64,000 nt of DNA from Octopus sinensis (GCF_006345805.1 NC_043002.1:33294001-33358000), one strand, 5' to 3'. Counted from the first letter of the stretch, positions 13,087 to 26,719 are shown. The notes: a model not told the origin generated them from the letters alone. Made by a program: numbers and translations.

Positions 13087-14057
13087 ATACATATATATAT
13101 GTATGTATGCATGAAAGTATGTATGAAAGTATTTGTGTATGTATACAGACATAAACATACTCACATGCACCCACACATTCACACACACATGCAAACACAC
13201 ACATACATATACTTAAAAGATGAAGAATATCAATGAGAGATAAAAGGAATTAATTTATGTGAGATGTTAGGTATGTTTTACAGAACATAAGCATAATTTT
13301 ACAGTTGCTTAAAAAATTCAGTGAATGATTGATATTATAATGCATATTATGCAAATAGGTGTACATAATGAAGAAGTCTTATGAAAAGCATATATTCATA
13401 TATATTATAAACTTGCATGACGCTTAATCAGTGAGTAAGTATCTTCCTGTATCAGATCCCGAACATTTTTTTCAGATGGATGTCAGGCAAATGTTTGTGA
13501 GATATCACATGAAGATATTCATGTATCAAGTATCGTGCGAGTTGATGATATTTTTTGCTTATTTGCTTTATGTAATATTGCGTTATTATGTTTGAGTAAC
13601 ATACATTATAATATCAAACATTCACCGAATTTTTGAAACAGCTGTAAAGTTCTTTTTATATCTAATAATTTACATATATAACATCTAATATAGAATTATT
13701 CCTTTGATCTATAATGGTTCATATTTTCTCTCTAATAATTCGCTTGAACCTAGTATTTCTTCTAGCTAACTGTTTTACTGATAGACTACCTTTCCTTGAT
13801 TAAGATGTTGGTGTTTAAGAATTCGATCAGTGTGAGCACAAATTCGGTGCTTACCTATTCTATGCTTGCACTTGCATCTTTTAACCAGTTATATATAAAT
13901 ATCCCCCCCCCCACAAAAACATGCACAACATACACACACATATGTATGCATGTTTGTATATATGTATGTATACATATACAAATACATCACAGTTCGACGA
14001 CGGCTTAATTGGCCGAAATTTCGAAGTCACTGTCAACAACATTCTTCTTTAAGAATA

Positions 14058-14058
<1 letters not shown>

Positions 14059-14146
<88 letters not shown>
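14059..14146. repeat. (TG)n perfect dinucleotide repeat
   Basis: Direct read. Confidence 0.97.
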
Positions 14147-14148
<2 letters not shown>

Positions 14149-14299
14149 TACATATTATGTGCATACAATAAAAGAAAACGTAACGTTACTGTGAAGAAAT
14201 GAAATATATATAATACTTGGAGCAGATATTTTTATAATTGCTGTAGTGTGTCAGGATTTTGAATTATGCGCATAATTATATATTAATACGATATTCGTA

Positions 14300-14597
14300 T
14301 CAGGAATAGTTATGAAAATCAGAGACATGATTGGTTGGCTCATGCCATACCATTGCTACAGTGAAAGACATTCCCTTCCGTTTTCCATTCAGCCACAGTG
14401 TAAGCTCTGAGTAACACACGGTGAAGCATATATATAGGTGCCCACCTCTTGTCTTAGTCTTCAACTTTACACCCGAAATAATACTTATAGGCAGTTTATA
14501 ATTTGGTGGCAATGTTTTTCCACAGGTCACGCGGAGGAATTTTTCCACAGACACAACAAAAGTTGTCTGGGTAACGCACACAGCCTCTCCTATTCAT
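14300..14597 (-). pseudogene. N-terminal zinc-finger region of a Chapaev(3)-like CMC-superfamily transposase, broken
   Basis: MNRRGCVRYPDNFCCVCGK...AYKYYFGCKVED*DKRWAP then shifted frame TVCYSELTLWLNGKRKGMSFTVAMVWHEPTNHVSD; matches the pattern PDNFCYICG..AY..YFG.K.GDQDK.WAPH..C..C...W..G.R....F.VPMVWREP.NH..DCYFC; family assignment recalled, not searched. Confidence 0.65.
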
Positions 14598-15598
14598 GAT
14601 CTAACACAATGAACGCAATTAAAACAGTAATCACACAGAGCGTGAGATACACATACTACGCGTAATGGCAGCGCAGACGACACTGAGAGTTACCAAGAAC
14701 AAATTGACTGACGCATTTGGCGCTTGCACACAATACGTCAGCGCCATCTCTTGCTAAACTAAAGAATGAACTTTCTCATCGTTTGTTTGTTTTATTGCTG
14801 TTATTTCTTTAATTTTGAATTAAGACCGCTTTCATTTTAGCAGATTTTATAATACGGCTTATATCTAGCCGAAAGTACAGTTATAATCTTGCGCATGCAC
14901 ATTACTCAAAAGCCTGACGTGCTATAACAATTCTGAGTGCGGATTCGGAATCAGCATTCCCAATTTAGTCTAAAACACATGCTTTTACCCCAGTAGCAAA
15001 ACCTTTGTTGTCCAGTATTATAAGTAGTATTTTGTACTACTTTTGAACAGTGACAAAAGATTTTGTACAACTCTTTAGACTGGTCGTTATTGATGTGGTT
15101 GACCTCCATATTGTAGTTGTGGAGGTTGGTAGCAACAAAGAAAGAAGGAGCTAAGGGAAGTAGAAATACGTATTTCTTGTGATAAATGTTTAGGCGAAAT
15201 GTTGAGACAAGATGGAAGTGGATGGAATCACGAGAGGTGGATAAGTGAGTGTTGGGTTGTATGCGTGAGTGTAGAGTGAAAGAGAAAAATAGAGACAGAG
15301 AAAAAAGAGAGAGAGAGAGAGAGCAAGAGGAAGAAAGAAAGAGAGTGAGCGGAGAGACAGAGAGAGACAGAGAAGGAGGTGATATAAAGCTTTTTGAAAG
15401 AACAGTAATAGTAAGAAAAGACACAGGGAGTATAAACGCTGTAGTTATAATAGTGTGTTAGGAACAATCAGCAGGATAACATTGTTATATTGACGAAAGG
15501 GGTCGAAGACGGTTGCGTGATATAGTAGGTTCTCCACCCCAAATATGTAAGAATTACACGTTTTCTGAACGTGAAGAGGAAAACAAACCTTTGACAAA

Positions 15599-15980
15599 GG
15601 CACAGGAGTGGCTGTGTGGTAAGAAGCTTTCTTCCCAACCACATAGTTCCGGATTCATTCAGTTCGACTGCGTGGCATCTTGGGCAAATGTATTCTACTA
15701 TAGCCTCGGATCGACTACAGCTCTGTGAGTGGATTTGGTAGACGGAAACTGAAAGAAGCCCGTAGTATACATATATATAAATATGTGTGTGTGTGTGTGT
15801 GTGTCTTTGTTTGTCCCCCACCATCACTTGACAACCGATGTCCGTGTGTTTACGTCCCCAAAACTTAACGGTTCGAATATGTCCCAAGGTCGATTTGTTC
15901 GACTTAAGGTGGTGCTCCAGCATGACCGCAGTCAAATGCCTGAAACAAGTAAAAGAATAAAAGAATAAAGGAATAAAGGA
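15599..15980 (+). mobile_element. SINE family A
   Basis: Same head and tail as 8927-9345, central deletion. Confidence 0.9.
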
Positions 15981-16219
15981 AATACAGTTTTAGTATGTTA
16001 TAGATTAGTGATCATATCAAAGATTATGACAATAACTGTGTGTAGATACTATAAAGAATTTTGTTGAAGCGTTTTCATGTAAAGAGAGGCGTATGCCGTT
16101 ATGTGCCCTCTATGTTGGCCCCTTGTGGGCAATAAAAAATCAGCGGTTATGTGACTATGTTGACTATGTTTGGTGCTGCTAAATGAGACAAGTCTGTTTT
16201 GCCGATGTAAGTAACCAGT

Positions 16220-16400
16220 AGTTACGTGAGGTTGTCGAACCAACGAAGGTGCATCTGCGAGGTTGATCGGCCTGATAGAGGTAGCAGCCAAATATCCCTT
16301 AAATCACATCATACTATCTTAAAATGTGAAGGACTCATTAGATAATGTAGCCTTTGTTTGGATACAAAAAGACGGGATAATCACAATTGGAATGTTTTCA
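16220..16400 (+). mobile_element. Degenerate repeat family C (related traces near 33010, 35330, 44250, 49200)
   Basis: Shared motif GCTAGAAATAGCAGCCAAAT-like followed by AAATCACA. Confidence 0.4.
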
Positions 16401-17209
16401 TCACTGGTCTGTCCCATCGAAGCTACACCACAGCAGTAATAAATCTTTAAAAGCTAATGATGCAACTTCTACATGATCAGCTGATCTGCTAGAAATAGTA
16501 GCTAAATCTTTCTGAAATAACATCTTACCATCTGAAAAGAAAGAAAGAAAGAAAGAAAGAACACCCAGGCTTTGTAGTTCTTTACATAGCCAAAGAGACG
16601 AGATTGTCTTTGTTGGAATATTTTTGAGCATAAATCTACTTTATTTCAAAAATTTTGCCATAAAGGCACGATACAGAGTAGCTTACTGGCTGGACAAAGA
16701 CATTGATGAGGTGAATGATGATAAGGATGATTTTAATGAGAGAAGACAAAAAACGCCCGCCGATCCTTTGCTTCTCTAAAACATTATTCTCTTCTTCTTT
16801 TTTTTCACAGAAAAAGACAAAACGTGGTAATGAACCTCTTACTTCAGTTTCACAATGTTTGGACTAATAGTCCATTTAAGAACTGGGGCGTTAAGCCTCT
16901 TAAACACAATAACATGCAATAACAAAATAAACATTATAACACTGAGGCCTTTAAACCTCTCGTCATTATTCCTCCCCGAGCATAAATCTACTTGATCAGT
17001 GCTCACCTGGGACTAAGTTATAACAACTAAAATAAACCAGTAACTCACATTTTGGTGATTTTATTGTTGTAGAATGCGATTAAAACCCGAAAAGGCTGTG
17101 AATAAACTTGATAACTCCATAACTCGAGTTTAACTTGACTAAATTTCATTATACTCAACATAGGACGAAAACACATGTTATTTGATCAGTATTCATTCTG
17201 TTGTTTTAT

Positions 17210-17601
17210 TATTTTTTTATTTCTTTCAGTCATTTGACTGCAACCATGCTGGAGCACCGCCTTTAGTCGAACAAATCGACTCCAGGACTTATTCTTTGTA
17301 AGCCTAGTACTTATTCTATCGATCTCTTTTGTTGATCCGCTAAGTGACGGGGACCAACATCGGTTGTCAAGCGATGGTCGGGGGACAAACACAGACACAC
17401 AAGCATACATTCCACCCACCCCCCACATATATATATATACGACAGGCTTTTTTCAGTTTCCGCCTATCAGATCCACTCACAAGGCTTTGGTCGGCCCGGG
17501 GCTGTAGCAGAAGACATTTGCCCAAGGTGCCACGCAGTGGGCCTGAACCCGGAACTATGTGGTTGGGAATCAAGCTACATACCACACAGCCACTCCTGTA
17601 C
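17210..17601 (-). mobile_element. SINE family A
   Basis: Reverse complement of head (ACCACACAGCCACTCCTG) and tail (TTTCAGTCATTTGACTGC). Confidence 0.9.
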
Positions 17602-17638
17602 TTATAGTTTATAATTTATGTATATGATTGTATACAAT

Positions 17639-18100
<462 letters not shown>

Positions 18101-18223
18101 ATTACTGCTGTGGTTTAGCCCAAGGTTAGCTTCGATGGGACAGATCAGTGATGATAGATAGATAGATATCTCTCTATCTATCTATCTGCCTGTCTCTTTC
18201 TCTCTCTCTCCATATATATATAT

Positions 18224-18277
<54 letters not shown>

Positions 18278-19324
18278 CGTATGTATGTGTATGTGCGCGC
18301 GTGCGTGTGTGAGTGTGTGTGCCCTATATTTACCATTTGATTGTATTGGGCAAAACTAGTACCACATAGAACACATTCTGTTCGTAACTGTAGATTACAA
18401 GTGAATAGCACTATAGTATTTCCTTTATAATATTAAAAAAAACAAACAATATCTTATTGATGCCTTTTGGTCTCTGGTGTGAATTATAATATATCATTGA
18501 ATAAACAGCCCAGCTTCACGCATGAAAGTTTGATATATAAGATGGCTGTGTGCCGAGTACAAGAACAGTTACACGCCAGCTTCAAAAAGTTTAAAGTGGT
18601 TTCTATGGTTCTATTATATTATAGCTTTCTGTTGTATACGTCATATTAATTTACTCTGACACGAAATCCTCAGAGGCCTTTTATTCTCTATAGCGTGGAA
18701 CTTATTGTTTCCCAGTAAATAAATATCTTCACAAGAGAGCGGCTTTCTATTTTAGGATTTGATATTATAGTTTAGGCAGTGAATTATATTATTCAGCACC
18801 TAGGTGTATTTTGGAGGTGGAATTGTAAAATCAAGTTATATGTTGGGAAATCAAACTGCATCGATATACCGACCTGAAGGCTGATGTTTTGTGGTTTGTC
18901 TTCTGTGTACTGAATTGCTTATAACAATATATATCACTCTAGCCATAAATAGACGTAAGGAAATGTTTCAACTCATGCACCTCTAATATCTAGGTACTCT
19001 AGGTCAAGAGCACCTCTAATAACTAGGTACCTCTAATAATTAGGTACCCTAGTTCAAAAGAGCTCCTAAACCTATATTAAGAACTCCTAACCTATACATT
19101 TCACCACACTAACTTTAATCATATATTAAATTAAATTAAAATTGGTTTAGAAAGATAAAATTACATATAAAACACAAAATAGTTTATGAAAATGGCGAAG
19201 AGCGGTTTTTTTTTATGAAAAACTTTTTATTAAATCTTGATAGAGAAAAACACCTTAATTCGCGGGATCTTTGGAGATTTTACATCTTGGGGTTCCTCTG
19301 ACGCTACTTTTAGAAAACCTAGTT

Positions 19325-19525
19325 CTAGTTAACCGCTGCATAAGGGAGGAATATAATATCATTAAATATTTCTGTTCTATATTGTTCAATTAAAATTCTT
19401 CCATATGTCTCCATTTTCAAACCTTTCAACCGCATCCACCATGCAGCTTCCTTTGTCGTAGCCATTAGACTGAGGTATATTACTAGCAATTCTTTGCAAA
19501 AGAGGAAACAATGGATTGACATTTA
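19325..19525 (-). pseudogene. Old Tx1-like ORF2 C-terminal fragment
   Basis: LMATTKEAAWWMRLKGLKMET resembles LVAMAK*CIWWTRLKGLETNT of the 46245 element. Confidence 0.55.
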
Positions 19526-21000
19526 CATAAACTCGTCAGGAGGAATGGCCCGTCCTGCACGAACCTGTTCGACATAAACAAACAAATCAGCAACATGCGC
19601 TAGGCAAATATGTGTTGCATAGTTCTTTTGGTACTAGATTTTCATTTGTTATTATTGTCATGGATACACTGGGCTGCGTAACAACGAATCAGCATAAAAA
19701 TCTAGAAATGCTCAGAAATTCTCAAAAAAAAACCCAAAAAACAGAGCAGGCAGATTAGTATTCTTCAAATATAATCCATTATAGGTAGAACAAAAGTTAC
19801 AGTAAAGCATTTCAGGGAGTCTTCATTTGAGCCCGCCTAGTCGGACACATGCACGCAATCACATGGAATATATTCATATACTCACACATAAGCAGTAATG
19901 GAGCACACATACTAAAGTGACACGCACATGTACTGCATGAGTGCAAGTTTACCCGCATGCACCCATTTATGCACAACATACACACATATATGCATACATC
20001 AGTAGATTTAGATGTTCACAAATTCCAAGAGCTGTCTTCGCTTAATGAAAAATGCTTTGCCAATTTGTTAGCGGGTTGACTTGAATTCTGGAAAGGAACA
20101 AAACATATAATAAATCCTGAAAGGAGCAACAAATAACGTTCATTTCTTGCAATCATCCCCGCTCTCAGAAAGGATGGACCAATCATTTCAGGATAATTGG
20201 TACAAACTTCAAGTGAGAGGAGGATATATATATATATATACCGGTAGATAGATAGCTGCATACAAACATGTGTGTGTGTGCATACATGCATGCATACATA
20301 CATATATACATACATACATACATACATACATACATACTACATACATACATATATACATACATACATACACATTTTAGGACTGGATTTAGTTTAGAAATGT
20401 ATATACATACGATGGCGATGATGATAATGATGATGACGACGTTGACGTTGATAATGCTGCTGCTGCTGCTGATGATGATGATGAGGAGGATGATGATGAT
20501 GATGATATTGCAGACACAATCTGTCACTGATCAAACTTAACTACATCAAATGGCCTCCATATTGATTGAGTGTAGTGAAGCTGGTGACTAGAATAGCAAA
20601 GAATCAAATCAAATACGTATTGCAGTATTTCGTTGATCTCACTTTCTAGTTCAAAATCTCACCTTTGTAGTTTGTGCAAAAGTACTAGTGTTGTTGATGG
20701 TAGTAGTGGTGGTGGTGGTGTTGTTGTTGGTGGTGGTGGTGCTGGTGCTGGTGCTGGTGCTGGTGTTGGGATGAATAGCGCAAGAAGCAGTGACAGATTG
20801 GAAAAAAAAACAGTTGACTCAACTCTCATTGTAAAGGAAAAACATGGACAGAGAAGACATTTCAGTCGACAGACTAAATACTTCACCAGGCTTAACATTA
20901 AAGGAAACATTATTGCTTTAAACACTCCCTACGCCTAAAGATTGCTACAAATGCTACTTCTCATATGGCGCTGATGATCATTTCAAGAGGACCGCTTGCC

Positions 21001-21183
21001 ATGATAGATCGTTAGCCACGACACACATTTTTTTCTCTCCTTGTGTTTCCTGTGTATCTTTCTGTAGAAGAGCGTAGGCGCGAAACGTAAAAGACTTTTC
21101 CTATTCCTGAACGCTATACTAATACATCTGTTTGTTTTGTACACCACCTGTCTTCGTCTTTTGTTTTTTTTCGTAAACTTTCC

Positions 21184-21185
<2 letters not shown>
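21001..21185 (+). mobile_element. Penelope-like 3' fragment, family F
   Basis: Homologous to 43440-43648 and to the reverse complement of 40256-40415; contains GAAGAGCGTAGGCGCGAAACGTA; followed by (CT)n(TA)n. Confidence 0.65.
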
Positions 21186-21259
<74 letters not shown>

Positions 21260-21338
21260 GAAGAAACAACAACAACAATTTTAGGTGATGGATTGATTAA
21301 TCTCTGGAATAGCCACTCACTAGCTGTGTAATGGTTTC

Positions 21339-21406
<68 letters not shown>

Positions 21407-21952
21407 GTATATGTGCGTGTCAAATGATTGTTATATGTATAATGACTGTCAAAACTTATCCCAAAGATAAGAATTCAAAATTTTTAGATCAAAAACCTCA
21501 AAAATATATTACTCCTTACCATTTTCTTACTCTCGGCAAAGTTCAAGAACGGAACATATTAGAGTACTACTGACGAATATGGGGCATTATAGCTACTACA
21601 CAAATACATACAAAACGCACAAACACGCAAATGCACACTTACAAGATAGCCGTAGCTGTGCAGATAAATGACCAAGACTACGTTAGTGGATACATTAATT
21701 TTCTATAAGTCTCTTGAATTGAGGCCGGCAACAACATTTGTTCAGAGAAACGAGTAATTATGTATTGCTTCTGCCTAAAATCACTCAAAGCAGTTACATT
21801 ACCGTCATATTATAGCTTACACTAAATGATTCCTTCCCAGAGCTGCAGCGATCTGGAATTTCTTATCTGTCCATGTTTTTCCTCTAAATATCAACTTCGT
21901 AATATGCGTATGTGATACGTGGTTGTAACTGGTGACTTCGAATACCATAAAC

Positions 21953-21992
21953 TTCTACTACTGCTACAACAACAACAACAACAACAACAACA

Positions 21993-22063
<71 letters not shown>

Positions 22064-22165
22064 ACTGCTTGATAATAACAATAATAACAATAATTCTGTT
22101 AAATACCAAACTAGTAATATGCGTAAGTGATACGTGGTTGTAACTGATGACTTCGAACACCATAA

Positions 22166-22225
<60 letters not shown>

Positions 22226-22274
22226 ACTACTGCTGCTGCTACTACTACTGCTACTGCTGCTACTGCTGCTGATG

Positions 22275-22336
<62 letters not shown>

Positions 22337-22525
22337 AATAATAATATAATGATAATAATAATACTGTTGCAGTTGCTAATGCTGCTGCTACTACTACTAC
22401 TTCAACTACTACTACTATTACTACTACTATTATTACTACTACTACTACTACCGCTACTGCTGCTGCGCCTACTGCAACCATCAGATCCCACCACTACCAC
22501 TACCACCATCACTACTACTACTACC
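21953..22525. repeat. Mosaic trinucleotide arrays (CTA/CAA/CTG/AAT)
   Basis: Direct read. Confidence 0.9.
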
Positions 22526-24249
22526 ATCAGGGCGGAATGGCTTTGATTATAGAGCAAGAAGTCTTTTGCTATTTCTAGTAAATGTGAAAAGGTTAAAAAA
22601 TCTTGTCAGTGTTATCCACTCCTTTACTGTCGTGCCTCTGTTTATAGCTCTACTAGACAATTGGTCTCTGTCTCTATATCACTTCTTTGTCAATATCTAA
22701 ATCCTTCTGGAAATGTTGGCAAACTGGTTGAAAATGTCATGAGTTGATATTTTCTTCAACAGTCAAAGAATAAATAGCAAATATTTCCTAATACCAACTC
22801 ACAATAAAACAAAATGGTGGAGATTAAGATTTACCGGTCCGATTTAATGGTCAAGTGAGCAATAAAGAATCAAAAGTAAAAAAACAAAATAAGACAATAG
22901 ATCAAAAGACAAACAGATTGATATTTGATAGAATCGCTAAATTGTCAATTGAGTTTCAAAATCATACAAGGTAGCACTTCAAAATAACCCACTATTAATG
23001 TTTTGAGTAAAGCAAGAACTTTTCAAAACGCTAATTGAATACTTTAAACAGTTATTTTCAGCAGTAACTATACACAAAGGCATTCAGATGTCACGTGTAA
23101 ATAATTCACGTTTTCTTACTTGAAAATTGTTGCGAGACAATTCGATAGTTTCTTTAAACGTGGCGTGCGCTGTATTCAGTATCAGACATTGATGAACTGC
23201 TTGCTGCGCCGTGTATCGAGAGCATTTGATTGTTAAATCTAAAGTTCGAGCTGTGTTCAGGATCAAGGCAATTAACTCATGTTGGCTCCGTACTGCTGGC
23301 CGTAAGTATGAACCATGTGAGAACTGCGAGCCGGGACGGCGCCGCTTAATTAGAGACTCGTTTGTGTAGAGTGTTAAGTTGTAATTAGTTTGTTTTGTAT
23401 TTCAAAGACAAGGAAAAAAGTATTTGGTTTGCAAGATTCTAGATGTAAAACTCGTGTGCTCAAACATATTCTGTTATATAACGGGAAGGTAATAACAAAC
23501 ACACGCACTGGTTGTGTTGCTTCTTTATTTGTCAGTTGGCTAAAGATTTAATCAGTTGTTTGACTAAACGCTCCGTCAATCAGCTAGATTTGTCCTTTCA
23601 TTGCCATTCGCGACTTCATCCATGACATGAAATCCCTACTCCAGGTCTGCTCCAGGTTTGTCTGTCTGCCTTTTATATAAGAAAACCCATACTATTTTGT
23701 TCATTAAAAAAGAATTCTAAAATTTTCGAGTGCACCAGAAATATGATATTGTAACATCCACTCTAAATAACATAAATCGACTAACAAGAAAGTATCTTAA
23801 AGTCATGAAATATGGTACATATCAGTGAAATTTTCATATGATTCAAAACAAATTCATTACTACATATAATGTAAAAAGGAAATAAATCTTGAAAAATGGG
23901 TTTCTAGCAGATGAGGACAGAGGACAGATGAAAAGGGTGGAGTAGGGGAACATTGTTCAACTTGTTGGATTCTATTGAATGGTGATGCGTGGGTATAGAT
24001 TTTTAGAATAAGATTCGATTACACATATACGCGCACGCGAGCACGCACAGACATGCGTAAATGACCAAAGGAAAGAAAGAGCACTCAACAAAATTGGTGG
24101 GATTTACATGTATTTCATAATAGATTGAAAAAAGTCCACACAACCCAAAGTTATGTGAGCATAAAACATGTCCACATTATTAAGATACACGGTTGTCTCA
24201 CCTATCGCAGTTTATTATTTAAGCAGTGTTGTTTTGCTTTTATAGTAAA

Positions 24250-24564
24250 TTCAGTTTGTTTTAAGATTTCGTGCCAATTGAGAAAGAATTGACTTCTAAC
24301 CTGGATCCAAGGTTCCTTCATTGGAATTTCAACATCAACAACAGGGTATTTTTGTTCGCATATATGTATGTATGCATGTATGCATGTATGCATGTATGTA
24401 TGTATGTATGTATGTATGTATGTATGTATGTATGTATGAATGTATGTATGTATGTGCAGATTTGTATGTTTTATTTATGTATTATCATGCATATAGCTAC
24501 ATATATGGATATGCTCATATATATTTAAATGATAAACTTCTGGAAAGTTTTACAGATTTTTACA
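24250..24564 (+). mobile_element. Repeat family D, second copy
   Basis: Homologous to 8581-8874; may extend to about 24740. Confidence 0.75.
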
Positions 24565-25543
24565 GTTCTAGTGATGGATTGGATCTGTAGTCTTCGAATT
24601 AGCTTTCTCCTTTCTGGTTTTGAGAAGCCTAATTTCTCAAGATTGGTACTTAGGCAGTGTGTTATATATCACAGGGCCCCAATAATTACAGGCATAAACC
24701 TGAACTCGCAATCTAGATAGAGTAACTACAGATTTCTCAATAGTTCAGCACAGGTGTTCTCTTTTTCACTGATCTTTATGTATGTATGTATGTATGTATG
24801 TATGAATGTATGTATGTATGTATGAATGTATGTATGTATGTATGTATGTATGTATGTATGTATGTATGTATGTATGTATGTATGTATGTGTTTGTGTATG
24901 TATTTAATCATGTAGAAAGATTCGATTAAATTTATATTAAATCAATTTCGGCACGCAGAAATTCTGGTGGTATGGTTTAAACAACATGGTCACAGTATGA
25001 CAATTTTATTACCTTCTGAACACAACATTAATCATGTTAGCAGCATCCACGCATGATGCCTGTTACAATAACGTATGATGAACCAGTAACAATTAAATTT
25101 TCTGAGCATGGACACTTAGCGATACTGAAGGAGAAAAGATCTGTCGGTTTGTTGATAAGTAAGTCACATGACACAATTTTTGTTGTCCGACCATTAAGAA
25201 GTTGGTAGCTGTAGAGGTAAGAATAGACAGAGAACGGTTTAGTATATGTTGTGACGTAAATAGTCACGTTGTTTACAACGTACTGCTTGCTGTAAAAAGT
25301 TGCCTTTGTTGTTGAACTCCAGGTCAGCCTACTGGAGCTAACCTTCAGCCGCAGCCATCCAATATTTTTATAGAAAAAATGTCTCTAGAGCAGCGGTATG
25401 TAAAATCATTTCCTATTTCTAGCAGATAAAATCAGCATGTAGAGACTTCTTCGTTTTATAGTGAAATTGATTTTGATATGTATAATGGTGTTTAGTTTGG
25501 TATGTATTGTGTAGTATAGTTTTGTGTTTATTAGTGGAGAATA

Positions 25544-26100
25544 CACTAATGCCTCGATATATGAGTTAATTTATTCCTGGAGACCACTCGTAAAACGAAA
25601 AATCGTAAAGCAGAGCAATAAATTCCCATAGTAGCAATGTTATAAAAGGTAATTCGTTCCCATAAAAATATTTTACCTTATAAAATTTATAATACTCGTA
25701 AAGATGGCAATAAAGCAAAAGTAGACAGTAAATAATATTTTATGTAAAGTGAAAAAAATGTCAAAATCATTTATAATAGAAAATATTATTATAATCGTTT
25801 TTCGAATCACTTTCACTCGCACTAGACTCTTACACACCATCACTAGTAGATGTCATCGCCCGATTCACAAGCACTCGGAGACGGACTTGTAGATTTCTTT
25901 ATATAAAACAAGTATAGAGTTGTTTGTTTAGAAGAAGCTTTTTTTTCACTCTCTATAAATTTCTCGGTAACACGCAGAAGCACTTGTTACAGTAGCAGAA
26001 ACTTTTGCACTTCGTTCAAAATTTGGATCTTGTGCTTAAAAAATAAACTCGTAAACCCGCGGTCTCGTAAAGCGGAACCTCGTAAAGTGAGGTATTACTG
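25544..26100. mobile_element. Tigger/pogo-type MITE
   Basis: TA|CACTAATGCCTCGATATATGAG ... CTCGTAAAGTGAGGTATTACTG|TA: imperfect 22-bp TIRs with TA target duplication and subterminal CTCGTAAA repeats. Confidence 0.7.
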
Positions 26101-26324
26101 TAGTTTCGTGAGTATAAATGACGTATAGTCTGGCGTGCATAATGATATATCGCTCAGCCTAAATTAGGTAACAGGGAGTGCAGGGGATACGCTTGCACCC
26201 TCTAAAATTGGTGGGTGGGACAATGAAAACTCTTTGACATCATCCTGAAAGTCGTCATCGCCAAAACGAACGGACGAAGAAACATTTTTGGACTGATGAG
26301 AAACATTACTTTAATTAATAGACA

Positions 26325-26370
<46 letters not shown>

Positions 26371-26371
<1 letters not shown>

Positions 26372-26718
26372 GGAGGAATTACAACCGTGTTTCGTGGTCA
26401 GCTACCACAACAGCTCCTTATAGGATCCAATTAGCTCAAGACATCATCAGGAGGAACCACGTCCGGTTTCGGCCCCTAATCCTCAACCGTTTTCTCGTGG
26501 CGGCTCCCCCGCTTTCGGATGTGTCTTCAGCTCTGGTGTTGGGTGCATGTCTTCTTTCTTCTTTCTTCTTTCTTCTGTTCCCTGGGTCTTCGATGTATAG
26601 TCAGCGAGTGTCAACCGGTGACTGATTGACTTATCAAATTTTTCCCTTTAAATACCTGCCGCTAGTCTCCAGCAGGCAGCCCCAGCAAGTTGTCACGTGA
26701 CACTGTCTCACCTTTCGT
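26371..26718 (-). mobile_element. GC-rich cassette in a (TTA)n array, probably a Penelope-like pLTR
   Basis: Bounded by TTA repeats; minus strand has GTCACGTGAC, TATTTAAA, TCAGTC and two CTGA(A/T)GA...GAAAC motif pairs. Confidence 0.5.
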
Positions 26719-26719
26719 A

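Noticed and set aside
19400-19480. Apparent minus-strand exon IASNIPQSNGYDKGSCMVDAVER
   Set aside because: Another frame of the same bases matches the Tx1-like ORF2 C-terminus, which explains it better
20016-20200. GFIICFVPF resembles a GPCR TM6 motif
   Set aside because: No TM5 or TM7 context and no splice sites; the ORF begins in a microsatellite
22144-22160. CTGATGACTTCGAAC as a hammerhead core
   Set aside because: No room for stem II, GAAA incomplete, and the duplicate copy has CTGGTGA
23080-23690. CpG-richer segment with a GTAAGT donor (23302) and a minus-strand TATATAAAAG (about 23670-23679) as a promoter or first exon
   Set aside because: Motifs are on opposite strands and unsupported without expression data
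25041-25158. Possible plus-strand exon ending at a GTAAGT donor
   Set aside because: Acceptor lacks a pyrimidine tract and the peptide is unrecognisable
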